The notes under the pieces were generated by a model. That model saw only the letters and a program-made list of their open reading frames with translations, searched no databases and was not told the DNA's origin. A stretch of 64,000 nt of DNA from Malacoraja senta (lineage: Eukaryota): NCBI GenBank assembly GCA_038087875.1, contig CM075978.1:140492001-140556000 (forward strand). The letters run 5' to 3'. The position numbers and the translations under genes are program-made. Position 1 is the first letter of the stretch. Each line of letters starts with the position of its first letter. Below, in pieces: positions 50,510 through 63,609 of the stretch.

Positions 50510-53500
50510 GTAGTCATAGTCATAGAGTAATACAGTGTGGAAACAGGCCCTTCGGCCTAACTCGCCCACCGGCCAACAATGTCCATCTACCCTAGTCCCA
50601 CTTGCCTGCGCTTGGTCCATAACCCTCCAAACCTGTCCTGTCAATGTACCTGTCCAACTGTTTCTTAAATAATGGGATAGTCTCAGCCTCAACTACCTCC
50701 TCTGGCACCTTGTTCCATACATCCACCACCCTGTGTGAAAAAGTTACCCCTAGGATTCCTATTAAATCTTTTCCCCTTCACCTTGAACCTATGTCCCTCT
50801 GGTCCTCGATTCCCCTGCTCTGGTAAAAGACTATGTGCATCTACCCGATCTATTCCTCTCATGATTTTGTATACCTCTATAAGATCTCCCCTCATCCTCC
50901 TATGCTCCATGGAATAGAGACCCAGCCTACTCAACCTCTCCCTATAGCTCACACCCTCTAGTCCTGGCAACATCCTCATAAATCTTTTCTGAACCCTTTC
51001 AAGCTTGACAATATCTTTCCTATAACATGGTGCCCAGAACTGAACACAATATTCTAAATTCGGTCTCACCAACGTCTTATACAACTACAACATGACCACC
51101 CACCTTCCATACGCAATACTCTGACTGATGAAGGCCAAAGTGCCAAAAGCCTTTTTGACCACCTTATCTACCTGCGACTCGACCTTCATGGAACCATGCA
51201 CCTGTACTCCTAGATCCCTCTGCTCTACAACACTACCCAGAGGCCTACCATTTAATAACCATATAACCATATAACAATTACAGCACGGAAACAGGCCATC
51301 TCGGCCCTTCTAGTCCGTGCCGAACACTTACTCTCACCTAGTCCCATCTACCTGCACTCAGACCATACCCTCCATTCCTTTCCCGTCCATATGCCTAACC
51401 AATTTATTTTTAAATGATAAAATCGAACCTGCCTCCACCACTTCCACTGGAAGCTCATTCTACACAGCTACCACTCTCTGAGTAAAGAAGTTCCCCCTCA
51501 TGTTACCCCTAAACTTTTGTCCCTTAATTCTCAAATCATGTCCTCTTGTTTGAATCTTCCCTACTCCCAATGGAAAAAGCTTATCCACGTCAACTCTGTC
51601 TATCCCTCTCATAATTTTAAAGACCTCTATCAAGTCCCCCCTTAACCTTCTGTGCTCCAAAGAATAAAGACCCATCTTGTTCAACCTGTCTGCTGAAACC
51701 CAGGCAACATTCCAGTAAATTTCCTCTGTACTCTCTCTATTTTGTTGACATCTTTCTTATAATTTTGGCGACCAGAATTGTACACCATATTCCAGAATTG
51801 GCCTCACCAATGCCTTGTACAATTTTAACATTACATCCCAACTTCTATGCTCAATGCTCTGATTTATAAAGGCCAGCACACCAAAAACTTTCTTTACCAC
51901 CCTATCTACATGAGATTCCACCTTCAGGGAACTATGCACAGTTATTCCTAGATCCCTCTGTTCTACTGCATTCCTCAATTCGCTACCATTTACCATGTAT
52001 GTCCTATTTTGATTTGTCCTACCAAGATGTAGCACACTTATCAGAATTAAGCTCCATCTGCCATCTTTCAGCCCACTCTCCCAAATGACCTAAATCTCTC
52101 TGTAGACTTTGAAAATCGACTTCATTATCCACAACACCAATTATCTTAGTATCATCTGCATACTTACCAATCCAATTTACCACACCATCATCCAGATCAT
52201 TGATGTATATGACAAACAACAATGGACCCAACACAGATCCCTGAGGCACCCCACTAGTCACCGGCCTCCAACCTGACAAACAGCCATCCACCATTACTCT
52301 CTGGTATCTCCCATTCAGCCACTGTTGAATCCATCTTGCTACTCCACTATTAATACCCAACAATTGAACCTTCTTAACCAACCTTCCATGTGGAACCTTG
52401 TCAAAGGCCTTACTGAAGTCCATATAGACAACATCCACCGCTTTACCCTCATCAATTTCCCCAGTAACCTCTTCAAAAAATTCAAGAAGATTAGTCAAAC
52501 ATGACCTTCCAGGCACAAATCCATGTTGACTGTTCCTAATCAGACCCTGTTTATCCAGATGATTATATATATTATCTCTAAGTATCCTTTCCATTAATTT
52601 GCCCACCACTGACGTCAAACTAACAGGTCTATAATTGCTAGGTTTACTCTTAGAACCCTTTTTAAACAATGGAACATGCGCACTAGGCCAATCCTCCGGC
52701 ACCATTCCCGTTTTTCAGTTCCACCCAAATAGCCTCCCTAGACGAGCCCTCTAATCTATCCTGCCAAAGCACTGCTGTAATACCTTCCCTGACAAGCAAT
52801 GCAACACCTCCACCTCTTGCCCCTCCAATTCTATCACACCTGAAGCAAGGAAATCCTGGAATATTTAGTTTCCAATCACAGCCATCCTGCAACCATGTTT
52901 CACTAATCGCCACAACATCATACTTCCAGGTGTCAATCCAGGCTCTAAGCTCATCCACCATTCTTACAATGCTCCTAGCATTAAAATATACACATTTAAG
53001 AAACCCACCACCTCTTATTCTCTGTTTATTATCTTCTTCTTCTTTCTCCCCTACATGTTGGATCTGAGTGCTTCCCTTCTCTGCCTCCTGCCTCACACAC
53101 TGTCTACTAGCTTTCTCTATTTGAGTCCCTTCCCCCAACCATTCTAGTTTAAAGTCTCCCCAATAGCCTTTGCAAATCTCCCCGCCAGGATATTGGTTCC
53201 CCTCGGGTTCAAGTGCAACCCGTCCTTTTTGTGCAGGTCACACCTTCCCCAAAAGAGGTCCCAATGATCCAGAAACTTGAATCTCTGCCCTCTGCACCAG
53301 TCCCTCAGCCACGCATTTATCCTCCACCTCACTCCATTCCTACTCTCACTGTCGCGTGGCACAGGCAGTAATCCTGAGATTGTTACCTTTGCGGTTTCTC
53401 CTTAACTCTCTTCCTAACTCCCTAAATTCTCCTTTCAGGACCTCTTCCCTTTTTCTACCTATGTCATTGGTACCTATATGTACCACGACCTCTGGCTCCT

Positions 53501-54420
53501 CTCCCTCCCATTTCAGGATATCTTGGACACGTTCAGACACATCCCAGACCCTGGCACCAGTGAGGCAAACTACCATCCGGGTCATCCTGACTGCGTCCAC
53601 AGAATCCCCTATCTGACGCCCTAACTATAGAGTCCCCTATTACTACTGCCCTCCTCTTCTTTTCCTTACCCCTCTGAGCAACAGGGCCGGTCTCTGTGTC
53701 GGAGGCCCGGCCGCTGTCGCTATCCCCAGGTAGGCTGTCCCCCCCCAACAGTACTCAAACAGGAGTACTTATTGTCAAGGTTTACAGCCACTGGGGTACT
53801 CTCTAGTCCCTGCCTCTGCCCCTTGCCCCTCCTAACCGTGACCCACTTGTCTGCCTCCTGTGGTCTTGGAGTGACCACCTCTCTATAACTCCTCTCTATG
53901 ACTTCCTCACTCTCCCTGACCAGACAGAGGTCATTGAGCTGCTGCTCCAGGTTCTTAATACGGTCCCTTAGGGGCCCCATCTCGACGCACCTGGCGCAGA
54001 TGTGGCGTAGATTTACTGTGTAGGTCCTGCCCTTGTTCGGCATCGCAAAATGCAACACCTCTCACTTCTCTGTATTAAATTCCATCAACTATTCCTCCGC
54101 CCACCTGGCCAATCGATCCAGATCCTGCTGCAATCATTCACAACCATCTTCACTATCTGCAAAACCACTAACTTTTGTATCAGCAGCAAACTTGCTAATC
54201 TTGCCTTGTATGTTGTCATCCAAATCATTGATGTAGATGACAAACAGTAACAGGCCCAGCACCAAACCCTGTGGCACACCACTAGTCATAGGCCACCATT
54301 CTGAGAAGCAACCTTCCACCATCACCCTCTGCTTCCTTCCATGGAGCCAATTTGCTATCCATTCAGATATCTCTCCTTGGATCCCATGAGATCTAACCTT
54401 CCAGTGCAGCCTACCATGCA
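50510..54420 (-). mobile_element. CR1 LINE (host copy) split into 50510-51254 and 54011-54420
   Basis: The RT reading ...KGRTYTVN (54011) resumes as NGRPLGSVVEQRDLG (51254). ATTTA is duplicated at both junctions. Confidence 0.88.
51255..54010 (-). mobile_element. Nested CR1 with SGNH-esterase ORF1 and internally deleted ORF2
   Basis: ORF1 motifs VIGDSIVR, VVHIGTNDI and DGLHLN (frameshifted). The ORF2 endonuclease start (YFNARSI, ISETWL, GGGVA) is fused near 52710 directly to MVPEDW and the RT (GVPQGS, YADD). (accatata)n tail. Confidence 0.9.
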
Positions 54421-55033
54421 GGATGGGAAATTCATTAAAGTAGGTAATCATTAAGATAAACACAAAGTGTTGGAGTAACTCAATGGGTCAGGCAGCATCT
54501 CCTGTATTTTCTGCATCTTTTAGATAATGATTATTGTCACTTATTAAGAAGTTAAAGCAAAGAGAGCCTAAACAGCATACAAGATGGAAATCAAATGATG
54601 CAACATACCCTAAATCTGCCCCTGACCATTCAGATGCTGGAAATAGTTGATAAAGCAAATTTAAGACATTAAATCCTGCATATTAGATTTTACATTGCAA
54701 GATGCAGAACACTAACGGATTAGAAAAAAATGCAGCAAATTATTATACCTGTGGAAGCCATTTAGGTTTAGGCTAGCTACTGTTGGCATATCATATTATT
54801 TTGTCTAGATATTTCTGGCAGTATTATTTTGAATGCTTGGGGGAAGCCATTTGATACGTAGATTGGCGTTACTTATATCATAGTTGGAGAGGGAGTGGTC
54901 AGATCAGACTAGGCACGGGAGAGAGAGTGCACAGATCTTAGCAGATAGTAAGAAAGCTACAATTTGTATAAGAATCAAGAGGATCTGGTATGTTCAACTA
55001 CTTCAATAAAGAACCAATTAAGCTGGAAATAAT

Positions 55034-55546
55034 GACTGGAAGATCCGTTCTTTTTGTCTGCGTAAGATCACTCACACATTCCCGTGTAGTAATGGCAACG
55101 GAAAGTTGGACATTGAAAAAGTTAGAAATTGCCATTACATTAAAGTAATAACTTGTCTCTATGAGTGAAACTGGAGCTTGTGAAAACCGGGAACAAAGGA
55201 TCTATCTGACGCTGTCAATTGGACAAGGTCGCTACCGGCGCTTATCAGACTAACGGAGATTGGAAACTTCGAAAGCCAACACGCAGGGAGTGTGGGTACC
55301 TACAGCTGAACGTACAGCATTAAGCTTTATTGGAACAGCTACTATAAGAGAAGCTGTATTGGAACAGGTACTATAAGAGCTGTATTGGAAAACGGCTGTT
55401 ACTGTGGAGATTTGAGAAGTGACCTTGAGAATCACAACGATATCTGTTGTTTTGAATTCCCAGTCAGTAGTTTTGAATTCCAGCCTGTAAGCATACGGCT
55501 TTGTCGGCGTGATCTTACGCAGACAAAAAGAACGGATCTTCCAGTC
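55034..55546. mobile_element. Non-autonomous TIR element with perfect 38-bp TIRs, superfamily unassigned
   Basis: gactggaagatccgttctttttgtctgcgtaagatcac (55034-55071) is inverted at 55509-55546. Followed by a direct copy of 55062-55139. Confidence 0.75.
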
Positions 55547-55659
55547 GTAAGATCACTCCCACATTCCCGTGTAGTAATGGCAACGGAAAATTGGACATTG
55601 AAAAAGTGAGAAATTGCCATTACAATATCTATGTCTTGTTTTAAAAGCACTACTTCTTT

Positions 55660-55933
55660 TGAGACATCAGAGTATCATGCCAAACATCGATCACTCACAC
55701 ACTAGTTCTGTGTTATCTCACTTTTGTATCCTACACACTAGGGGCAATTTACAGAAGCCAATTAACCTACAAACCTGCACGTCTTTGCAGTGTGGGAGGA
55801 AACCGGAGCGCCCGGAGGAAACCCACGCGGCACAGGGAGAACGTACAAACTTCGCTCAAACAGCACACGTAGTCTGGATCAAACATGGATCTCTGGTGCT
55901 GTGAAACAGCAGCTCAACCACTGCGCCACTGTG
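55660..55933 (-). mobile_element. HE1/V-SINE
   Basis: Reverse-complement SINE. Confidence 0.8.
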
Positions 55934-56505
55934 CATTTTTAATATGCATTTTTTCCTGCAGGAATGAACACATAGTGTATTTTGACCTATAATAGAACTA
56001 CAACAACCTTTGACGAGATTTAGCTTTTTTGGATTTCAAGTAAAAATGCAAATATAGCATTCGACAAAAAAAATGCCTAAATATATTTAGATGAGTAAAC
56101 TGAAAGTCTATGACATTCTGTTCACACAACAAAGAAGCTTATTTAAATGTATTCTGCTGCTTCAGCTCTAACATTTTGAAATACTGAGTCAGGATTTTGT
56201 CTTGTGTTGGGGACAAATTTGCCATTGTTAATACAATCAGAAGATGCAGATCGAACAAAAGTGAAATCAAACAGCTAATTTGTGTCACACAATGGGATCG
56301 TGGGTCCAGGACTCAATGCCCGATCCATGATAATTTAACCTATTTAAGATTGGAAGGCATGACAATTTGATCTCCCTACTACAGGCTTAACATGGGGGGA
56401 GATACAGCAAGTGTTCTGTCAATAAATGGGCAATCACCTACCCTATCATTCAAAGTACATGGAGAATATATCTGGGAAGAAAGACAGGAAAATAACATTT
56501 ATAAT

Positions 56506-57698
56506 CGGGGTGTGGTGCTGCCGGAGCTCACCGGAGCACCGCTCCGGCACTTCTGTAAAAAAAAGCCAATAAAAAAACTAGCAGGAATTTTAAATAGCGG
56601 GTGTGTGGTCGGGGTAACCTGGTTGAAAGAGTGGGAAAGGGAAGACCCATCACTACTGAGGTTCCCTGTCGGACCTCCATGTAGGATGGGGTAGCAATAG
56701 GACCCAGCAGAGTCAGACCACGTGCTGTCTGCATCATGGAGGTTGTGGGCCTGGTGCTGAGCCTGGAATTCTGGTGAGGTGACGCCTCATGCCCGCTGGT
56801 GGCCGGTAGAGAGGCGAGGGTCGGTGGTGGAGGCCCATGGGGGGCAGGAGTAGAGATACGGTCGGCGGCAGCAGCATCGGTGGCCCCGGGGAAGTGGTGA
56901 GAGTCAGCGACAACAGCACGGTGGCCCCAGGGAGGCGGTAAGAGTCGGTAGCTGTGGCAGTTTTGGTGGTCCGGGCCTGGGTTTGGCTGGGATGGCGGTG
57001 AGGGTCGGAGAGGTGGTGGATGTTGTTGCTGCTCCTTGTGGTGGCCATCTCGGCCTAGTGGTGGTCGTGCAGGCGGCGCTGCGGTCCAGCGGTAGAGCTC
57101 CGGGCCTGTGGGCGGGCGGTCGAGTCGTGGAGTGTCAGTGGAGGGACCGGTCTGGAGGCGGGCAAGCTTGTGATCCTTGGTAAAGTCCAGATTAGGCGAG
57201 GAAGCATTTGTTGAGGATGTGGATTTGGCGTTGAATGAAGTAGAGTTGTGGTCCATTGCAGGAGTGAGTGAGTGAGTGAGAGTGTGTACATGTGCGTGTG
57301 TGCGTGCAGGCCCAGAGCTGCGGGAGAGTCAGGGCGAGTTGGTGACGAGCCGGCACCTCTGTAAAAATACATGATTACCGTCTTCTTCTTTACTTGCTTC
57401 ATAATTATATTTCATGATAATTAGTGAGTGCAACCGTGCAATATTTTGTCATATTATTAAATTAAGTACTATATGCCTACTATGTTCTGTTGTGCTGAAG
57501 CAAAGCAAGAATTTCATTGTCCTATCAGGGACACATGACAATAAACTCTCTTGAATCTTGAATGTTTTATTGTACTAGTTATACACTGGGATGTAGTGAT
57601 AGGCTATAATCTTGTTTGACCCCCCCCCCAAAGCAAAACCTGAAATGATGCCCCTGTTTGACAGCACCGGCACCTAAAAAATTAACACTGCAACACTG
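56506..57698. mobile_element. Non-autonomous hAT-like element with GC-rich cargo
   Basis: Perfect 8-bp TSD TTTATAAT (56498-56505, 57699-57706). Imperfect termini CGGGGTGTGGTG and CAGTGTTGCAGTG (reverse complement). Repeated ccggcac/ccggagc subterminal motifs at both ends. Confidence 0.7.
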
Positions 57699-58563
57699 TT
57701 TATAATGCATCCTTTAAAACAAAGAACAGGGAGGGCGAGGGTGAAACGCAAAAGTTTATTACTCAATAAGGTGCTACAAAGTACAATTAGAAATTATTGG
57801 GATTTTTTATTACCGCCTAAGAGAGCAGATGGACCTCTTTAATAACTCTATCACAAGAATGCACCTTCAATGGTGCCACAGCCCTTTCATACTAAACTAA
57901 AACACAAGGTTAGATTATGCTTCATTTCTGGTCGGCCTTGAACAGGGGTGAAAAATGCTACTCTTTTGCCAAGGCAGCAAATTGGGAGAGTAATAAAAAA
58001 CAGCATCCACTTCAAGTCAGGGAAGGTGTTTTAGTTTATTGAAATCTTTCACGAGACAAAGGGACATAAAAAGAACAAAATTACAATGCAGCAAAAAAGT
58101 GTCCATTCACATTTTGGAACACAGAAATGAATGCATAACAAGTGATTGTCTATTATGGAACCCATAAGTTATTCATCCATGTCCAGAAATAGCCAATAGG
58201 ATCTGCATGATACGTTTTAAAATAAATTGTAAAATGGTTGATTGGTAAACTTCAGTAAGCCACAGTATGTGACCAATATCTGGTGCCATAATGTTCACTG
58301 TTGGGGCCACAGTTGTTTTGAAATTTTAACAGGATGTATTCAAGGAAGGGTGTGGCCAAAGTGCCTGGACTTGTAGCACATTCGAATTATGAGTGTCAAC
58401 CTGACAAATATCATTGCATGCAAATAAAAGAGCTCAACTGACGCAGGTACAATCTGAAGCAGCAAAATGAAAATTTAGATTTTGCACAAGTAAATCGGTA
58501 TCAAGTATGAGATGGGGAATACAGCCATTAAAAATTATTGACTGTTTAAAAAAGACATTTGAT

Positions 58564-58890
58564 GGGGCAGCACAATGGCGCTGCTGGCAGAGCTGCTACC
58601 TCACAGCACCAGAGACCTTGGTTCGATCTTGACATCAGGTGCAGTTTGTGTTGAGTTTGCATGTTCTCCCTGTGAGCAAGTTGGATTCCTCTGGCTGCTT
58701 CAGATTACTCCCATATCCCAAAGACGTGCCGGTTTGTAGGTTAATCAGCCTCTGTAAATTGTCCCTAATGTGTAAGGAGTGGATGAGAAAGTGGGATAAC
58801 ATAGTTCTGGAATGAATGGGTGATCAATGGTCTGCGTGGACTATGTGGGTTGAAGGGTCTGTTTTCATGCTCTATCTCTAAACTAAACTA
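58564..58890 (+). mobile_element. HE1/V-SINE, full length
   Basis: ggggcagcacaatggcg head, B-box ggttcgatc, CR1-like tail and (ctaaa)n. Confidence 0.85.
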
Positions 58891-59278
58891 TAACAGAAAA
58901 ACAAGTTATATTATAGCTAGAATCGGTACTGGAGAGATATCTGCAGCACTGCATGCAATTTTGTACTTTATAAACTTCAAAACATTATTAACAAAACAAC
59001 ATTGGATTTGAAATGAAGTCGCCAAATACCCCGTCACCCAAATGCATTTGTGAAAATCAGACCACCTGGCTGTGTTTCTACTCTCTGCTTACAACCAGAA
59101 ACTGATGCAGGAGGATCCAGTACAGAAAGTCATGCAGTACTGGTCTGAGGAAACAGAGGAGATCCTTTGTGACTGCTATGAGTTGGTGGACTGGCCACTA
59201 TTCACAGACTTTGTGGCCAACCTAAATGCATATACACTGCTGTCACAGACTTCATCAGTAACTGTGTAGAAGAATATG

Positions 59279-61455
59279 TGAGGAAATATTATATAATAGA
59301 ACCGCTCGGATAGTGACTTTTATAGAAGCTAGGTAATTTGCAAAAGAAAAGCTTAAGGTTTTCAGAAACATATGTCTCCTAACGAAATAAAGTACAACGA
59401 AACACACACACAGAGAACGATGAATCAAAACATAGAAACCTGAATCTGAACCTGCATAGCTTAGTTTATTGCTTTGAGGCAATTATAACACTGGAGGAAA
59501 TTGTATTTGATATGACTTTGTGTTGAAGAATGGATAGCTGAATAGGGGCCTCTTCTTAGGCCAGAGGTCATCTGCTCTTTCTCTATGGCACATTCTTGAG
59601 CTGTAAGGGTTATGCTGAATTTGAATTGAATTAGACTTTATTAATCCCCTTATTCAGGGGAAATTCAGATGTCCTTGCAGCACACTAATAAAATACAACA
59701 TAGTATTAAAAAGAAGTTCAACACCAAAACATCCCCCCAGAGTGGTTCCCTCTGTGGGGGAAGGCACAAAGTCCAGTCCCCATCCTCTTGTCCACCCAGA
59801 GTCGGGCCCACTGAGGCCTCCACAGTCGCCGCCACGGCGCCCGATGTTCTCGCCGGGTGATGGTACTCCGGCATCGGGAGAACCCCCAGCGGCTTGGGGT
59901 ACCAGGAACGACCACCTTCCCACTGAAGACCGCAGCTTCCAAGCCAACAGACCACGCCGGACGGAGCTCCACACACTGGCAATCTCAGCAAGAGATCCCA
60001 GGCTCCGGGATGTACCGTTCAGCGTCGCAGCTGGCTGCTCCACAGAACCGCGGCTCCACGATGTTCTCATCGGCAGTCCCAGTATACTGGAGTTCCAGCG
60101 CGGCGACCCAGGAAAGGCATCGCCCGCTCCACGACAGCGCTCCAGCGCTGCACCGCCGCCAAAGCCGATGTTCTGTGCCGCCGCCAAAGCCGATGTTCTG
60201 TGCCGCCGCCAAAGCCGATGTTCTGGCCAGGTCCCCTCAGGGAAACGTCGCTCCAGGACCCGCTGGTAGGCCGCAAGGACAGGTCGAAGGCGCTGCTCGG
60301 AGGAAGGCAACCCCTCCGACCAGGTAGGGACTCGAAAAGCAGTTTCCCCCTTCCCCCCCACCACCCCCCACACATAAAAAGATTAGGCCCCTGACTACAC
60401 ACTCAACGTACTAAAAATAATAAAAAAGAAGGGAAAAAAACGGACAGCTGCAGGACAGGCAGCCGTTCTGGACAGCGCCTCCTCTGAGATCGAGAGAGAC
60501 TTCAAGGCTGAAATATAATAGACTATGTAGTTAGCCTTGGCTATGTTAAATTATAATGAGGTTGTGATAAGGGATAGATGCTTGGAGAGGAAAATAATTA
60601 GATTGATGGATTTGTTTATAGAAAGTCGAAGAAGCGGATGTAATTCTGATGTAATGGTCTGAGTTGTAAATCTACCTTGTGTTCTGCCTTGTACATGAGA
60701 TTGGAAATCCAGCTTCCATATAGTAGGAAAGGGGCTACAAATTAGAATTAAGTTGTATTCTGGCACCAAACACTTATTAATTAAGTTGACAGATTTATGA
60801 CCCATGTATGCTTGGTTGGGGAGGTGTGTGTGGGTTTTGAACCTAGAAAATGTAATTCGGCAAACTCATATAATTAATGTTTTAAATACATAGGTAATAA
60901 TATTTTAAACTGTGTAAAATTGTAGTGAAACAATTTATGAAATGTATTGTCTTAGTAGGACAGTAAACATTAGACTTTGTTTAGATTTATAGAAATAGCT
61001 TTCTTCTTGGTATGGAACGTGCGTATGACTTATGTGATCATTGTGTTACATATGTATCTTATATTTTGAGGAGTGGTCTTTGATAATTGAGCCTACTGGG
61101 GTTTTGCTGTGTTGAAATAAAATAATTCTAAGCAAAGTTATACCACAGGCAAACAAAGGTTGTAAATGAGGCCAGGGAAGGGGGGGGGGGAATCATGTGA
61201 ATGATGTTGTAAATCACCAGAAGGACTCAGATGATTGGTTACTAGCTTGTCATAACCTCTGTATCTGAAATGTCTAATACCTATATAAATGCCATGAGTT
61301 ATGTCAATGTTACTCTTCTCTGGACACGCCCCAGAGCATCAGCTCTGTGTTGGAAGGTTCAGAGACTAATCTCAGCTGAATAAAGAATCAATTTCAACAG
61401 CTACAAGCATTTGAGTCAAGTTGACTTTAGATTGACAAAATAACTCAGTTTAACA
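59279..61455 (+). mobile_element. ERV-like solo LTR (about 1.3 kb net of an internal insertion)
   Basis: TG...CA termini (TGAGGAAA...TTTAACA) and 4-bp TSD TATG (59275-59278, 61456-61459). TATA box ctatataaat near 61281 and AATAAA near 61379. Interrupts a collinear Rex1. Confidence 0.78.
59619..60483 (-). mobile_element. GC-rich non-autonomous retroelement with Rex1-like tail, inside the LTR
   Basis: 5' aggaggcgctgtccagaacggctgcc plus a T-rich tract. Three 25-bp repeats at 60153-60225. Tail gggattaataaagtct(aattc)n. Confidence 0.6.
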
Positions 61456-63609
61456 TATGTGCCTAAGAATATGTGTTCACCAACCAGAAACCATGGATGA
61501 ACCATGACATCCATTCCCAGGTGAAGTCCATGAATAAACTCAATATATGCTCATGACTGTCCGGCAAAATTCTCAACTCCATTTCCAAATTTGCAGAAGG
61601 GGAGAGAGAGAGAGAGAGCCTAGTAACATGCCATCAAGACAACAACCTCCCTCAATGTCAGCAAGACAAAGGATTTCAGGAAGCAAAGTACACACCCCAA
61701 TCAACTTCAATGATGTCTAAGGGGAGATTGTTGAGAGTTTCAACTTCCTAGGAGTAAATATCACCCACAAATTTATCCTGGACCAACCACAGTGAAGCTA
61801 TGGCCAAGAAAGCACACCAATGTTTCTATTACCTCAGATGACTAAACTAGTTTGGCAAGACTCCAATGAATCTTATGATATTCTGCAGTTGTACTGTAGA
61901 AAGCACCGATCAGGATGCATCACTGCTTGGTTTGACAACAGCCAACACTATAAAAAATTGCAAAGAATTGTAGGTGTAGCCCAGACTATCACAGACCAGC
62001 TTTTGCACCGACTAAATTGACGTTGCCTCAGTATAGCAGCGAAATAGCAGAAAAATAACCTTTTTCATAGATCATTCTCTCCCCCATCAGGCAGAAGATA
62101 CAAACGCATGAAAGCACATACCACCCTGATTCAGGAACAGCTTTTTCCCAGCTGTTATCACCTGTTGGACTTGTATATGGCTTAATTGTACTCATGTGAG
62201 CATGATTTGACTGGATAGCGTGCAAACAAAGCTTTTCATTGCTATGTCATCACGGCATATGTAACATTAATAAACTAATACCAACTAATCAGAGAAAGGC
62301 AAACAAGTTAATCCCAGCAATAGTTAATGACATAAATCGATTACCCTTGTTAGAAAAGAGAAAGAGGAAATATGACAGATGTGCAAAATAATAATAGATT
62401 TACATATATTGAATTTAAACTTTTCTGCCACATGCAGATTTCAAGTTAATAAAAAGGTCAATTAAATGATGGATTTGTATCAGTTAGATTTTTATTCTAA
62501 CTGTTATTAGTGTATGCAATAGATTATTGGTTTTATACATTGAACAAGAAAGTTTAACAACTTAAAAAATGAATGACAACAGATTAGATTCAGTGCCAAA
62601 GAACAGACCTATGTTTAAATGAAGCAGATGATCAAAATGCACCTCAGTTCTGAAACTGTAGTGCATATGTGTAACTATGTCATAACATTGCTTAATTTAC
62701 AAAATATTGTGTTTAACTTGCAGCAATTAGCTCAGAATTTGTTTTAATAAGGCACACAGAAAAGGCATTGAGCAACACAGATATTCTTGCAATCTTGACA
62801 GAAAATCTGAACAATGTAAAAAATAACTCAATTTCATATCAGCAGAGTGCGAGCTTTGCGGAAAGAAAATCATTTCATTAATTTCCAGAAAAGAATAGAC
62901 AGGCAAAAAAATCTAAAGTGGTGAAATTTCTACAAGATAGGATTTTCTGTCTGAAATACATTGAATAATATTTTTCAATGGCGTCTTGAGCTTTGGGTTC
63001 TTACAGATCCAACATCCATTGATATGAGCAAGCCAGGCTATAACTCCCAGCCGTGCATTTGTGCATAACCTACAAAATTAATTTAAATATTGACAGCCAA
63101 TAAAAATGTTAAGATTTTGCAATATTAATTGTACTGTTTTGTTTTCTCCAAGCCATTGAAACATATTTTGAATTTGATGCCATGAACATTGTGTGAGATA
63201 GATTTTGTCAGGGAAGACCCTCATTTACAATAAGTTGAAAATTAAGGGAATTTTATACACCACCAGATCACAGTCTTGGTGGGGGGGACACTCCCAGTAA
63301 CGATTCATATGTATCTCAGGAATCCAACTTGGGTACGGTTTTTGTCTAGAAATATCGAGGCCTGCATTTTGCTACACACATTCACAAAATCTGCAATCCT
63401 ATTAAGTTAGATTAACAATTCAACCTAAGTTGAACAGTCTTTATATTTTCCTACACCAGAAGGATCATGCTGCTGTAGAATCTTGACAAAATGTGGCAAA
63501 ATATTCTTGACACTCTAAAAGAAGCAAGATTCAATGAAAGATCTGTTTCATTGTGATTAAAATCAAACTGACCTCTCCCTTGTTTGTGTTTTCATTAAAA
63601 CATAACTAA

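Larger units (their letters stand above)
59035..62280 (+). mobile_element. Decayed Rex1-clade LINE split by a solo LTR
   Basis: KSDHLAV..L.AY.QKL before 59278. NQKPWMN, LNVSKTK, GCITAWF and FRNSFFP after 61460. Confidence 0.75.

Noticed and set aside
59654-60402. Overlapping long GC-rich ORFs (239, 175 and 156 aa), and similar ORFs at 15293-15794, 38629-39086, 49414-49985 and 56528-57256
   Set aside because: They result from stop-codon scarcity in GC-rich repeats and are not host genes.
62917-63069. Possible minus-strand terminal exon (ttttgtag|GTTATGCAC...; frames give GYAQMHGWEL*, VMHKC...MLDL* or LCTNARLG...) followed by AT-rich UTR-like DNA
   Set aside because: Weak pyrimidine tract, no recognisable protein in any frame, and no upstream exon in the window.
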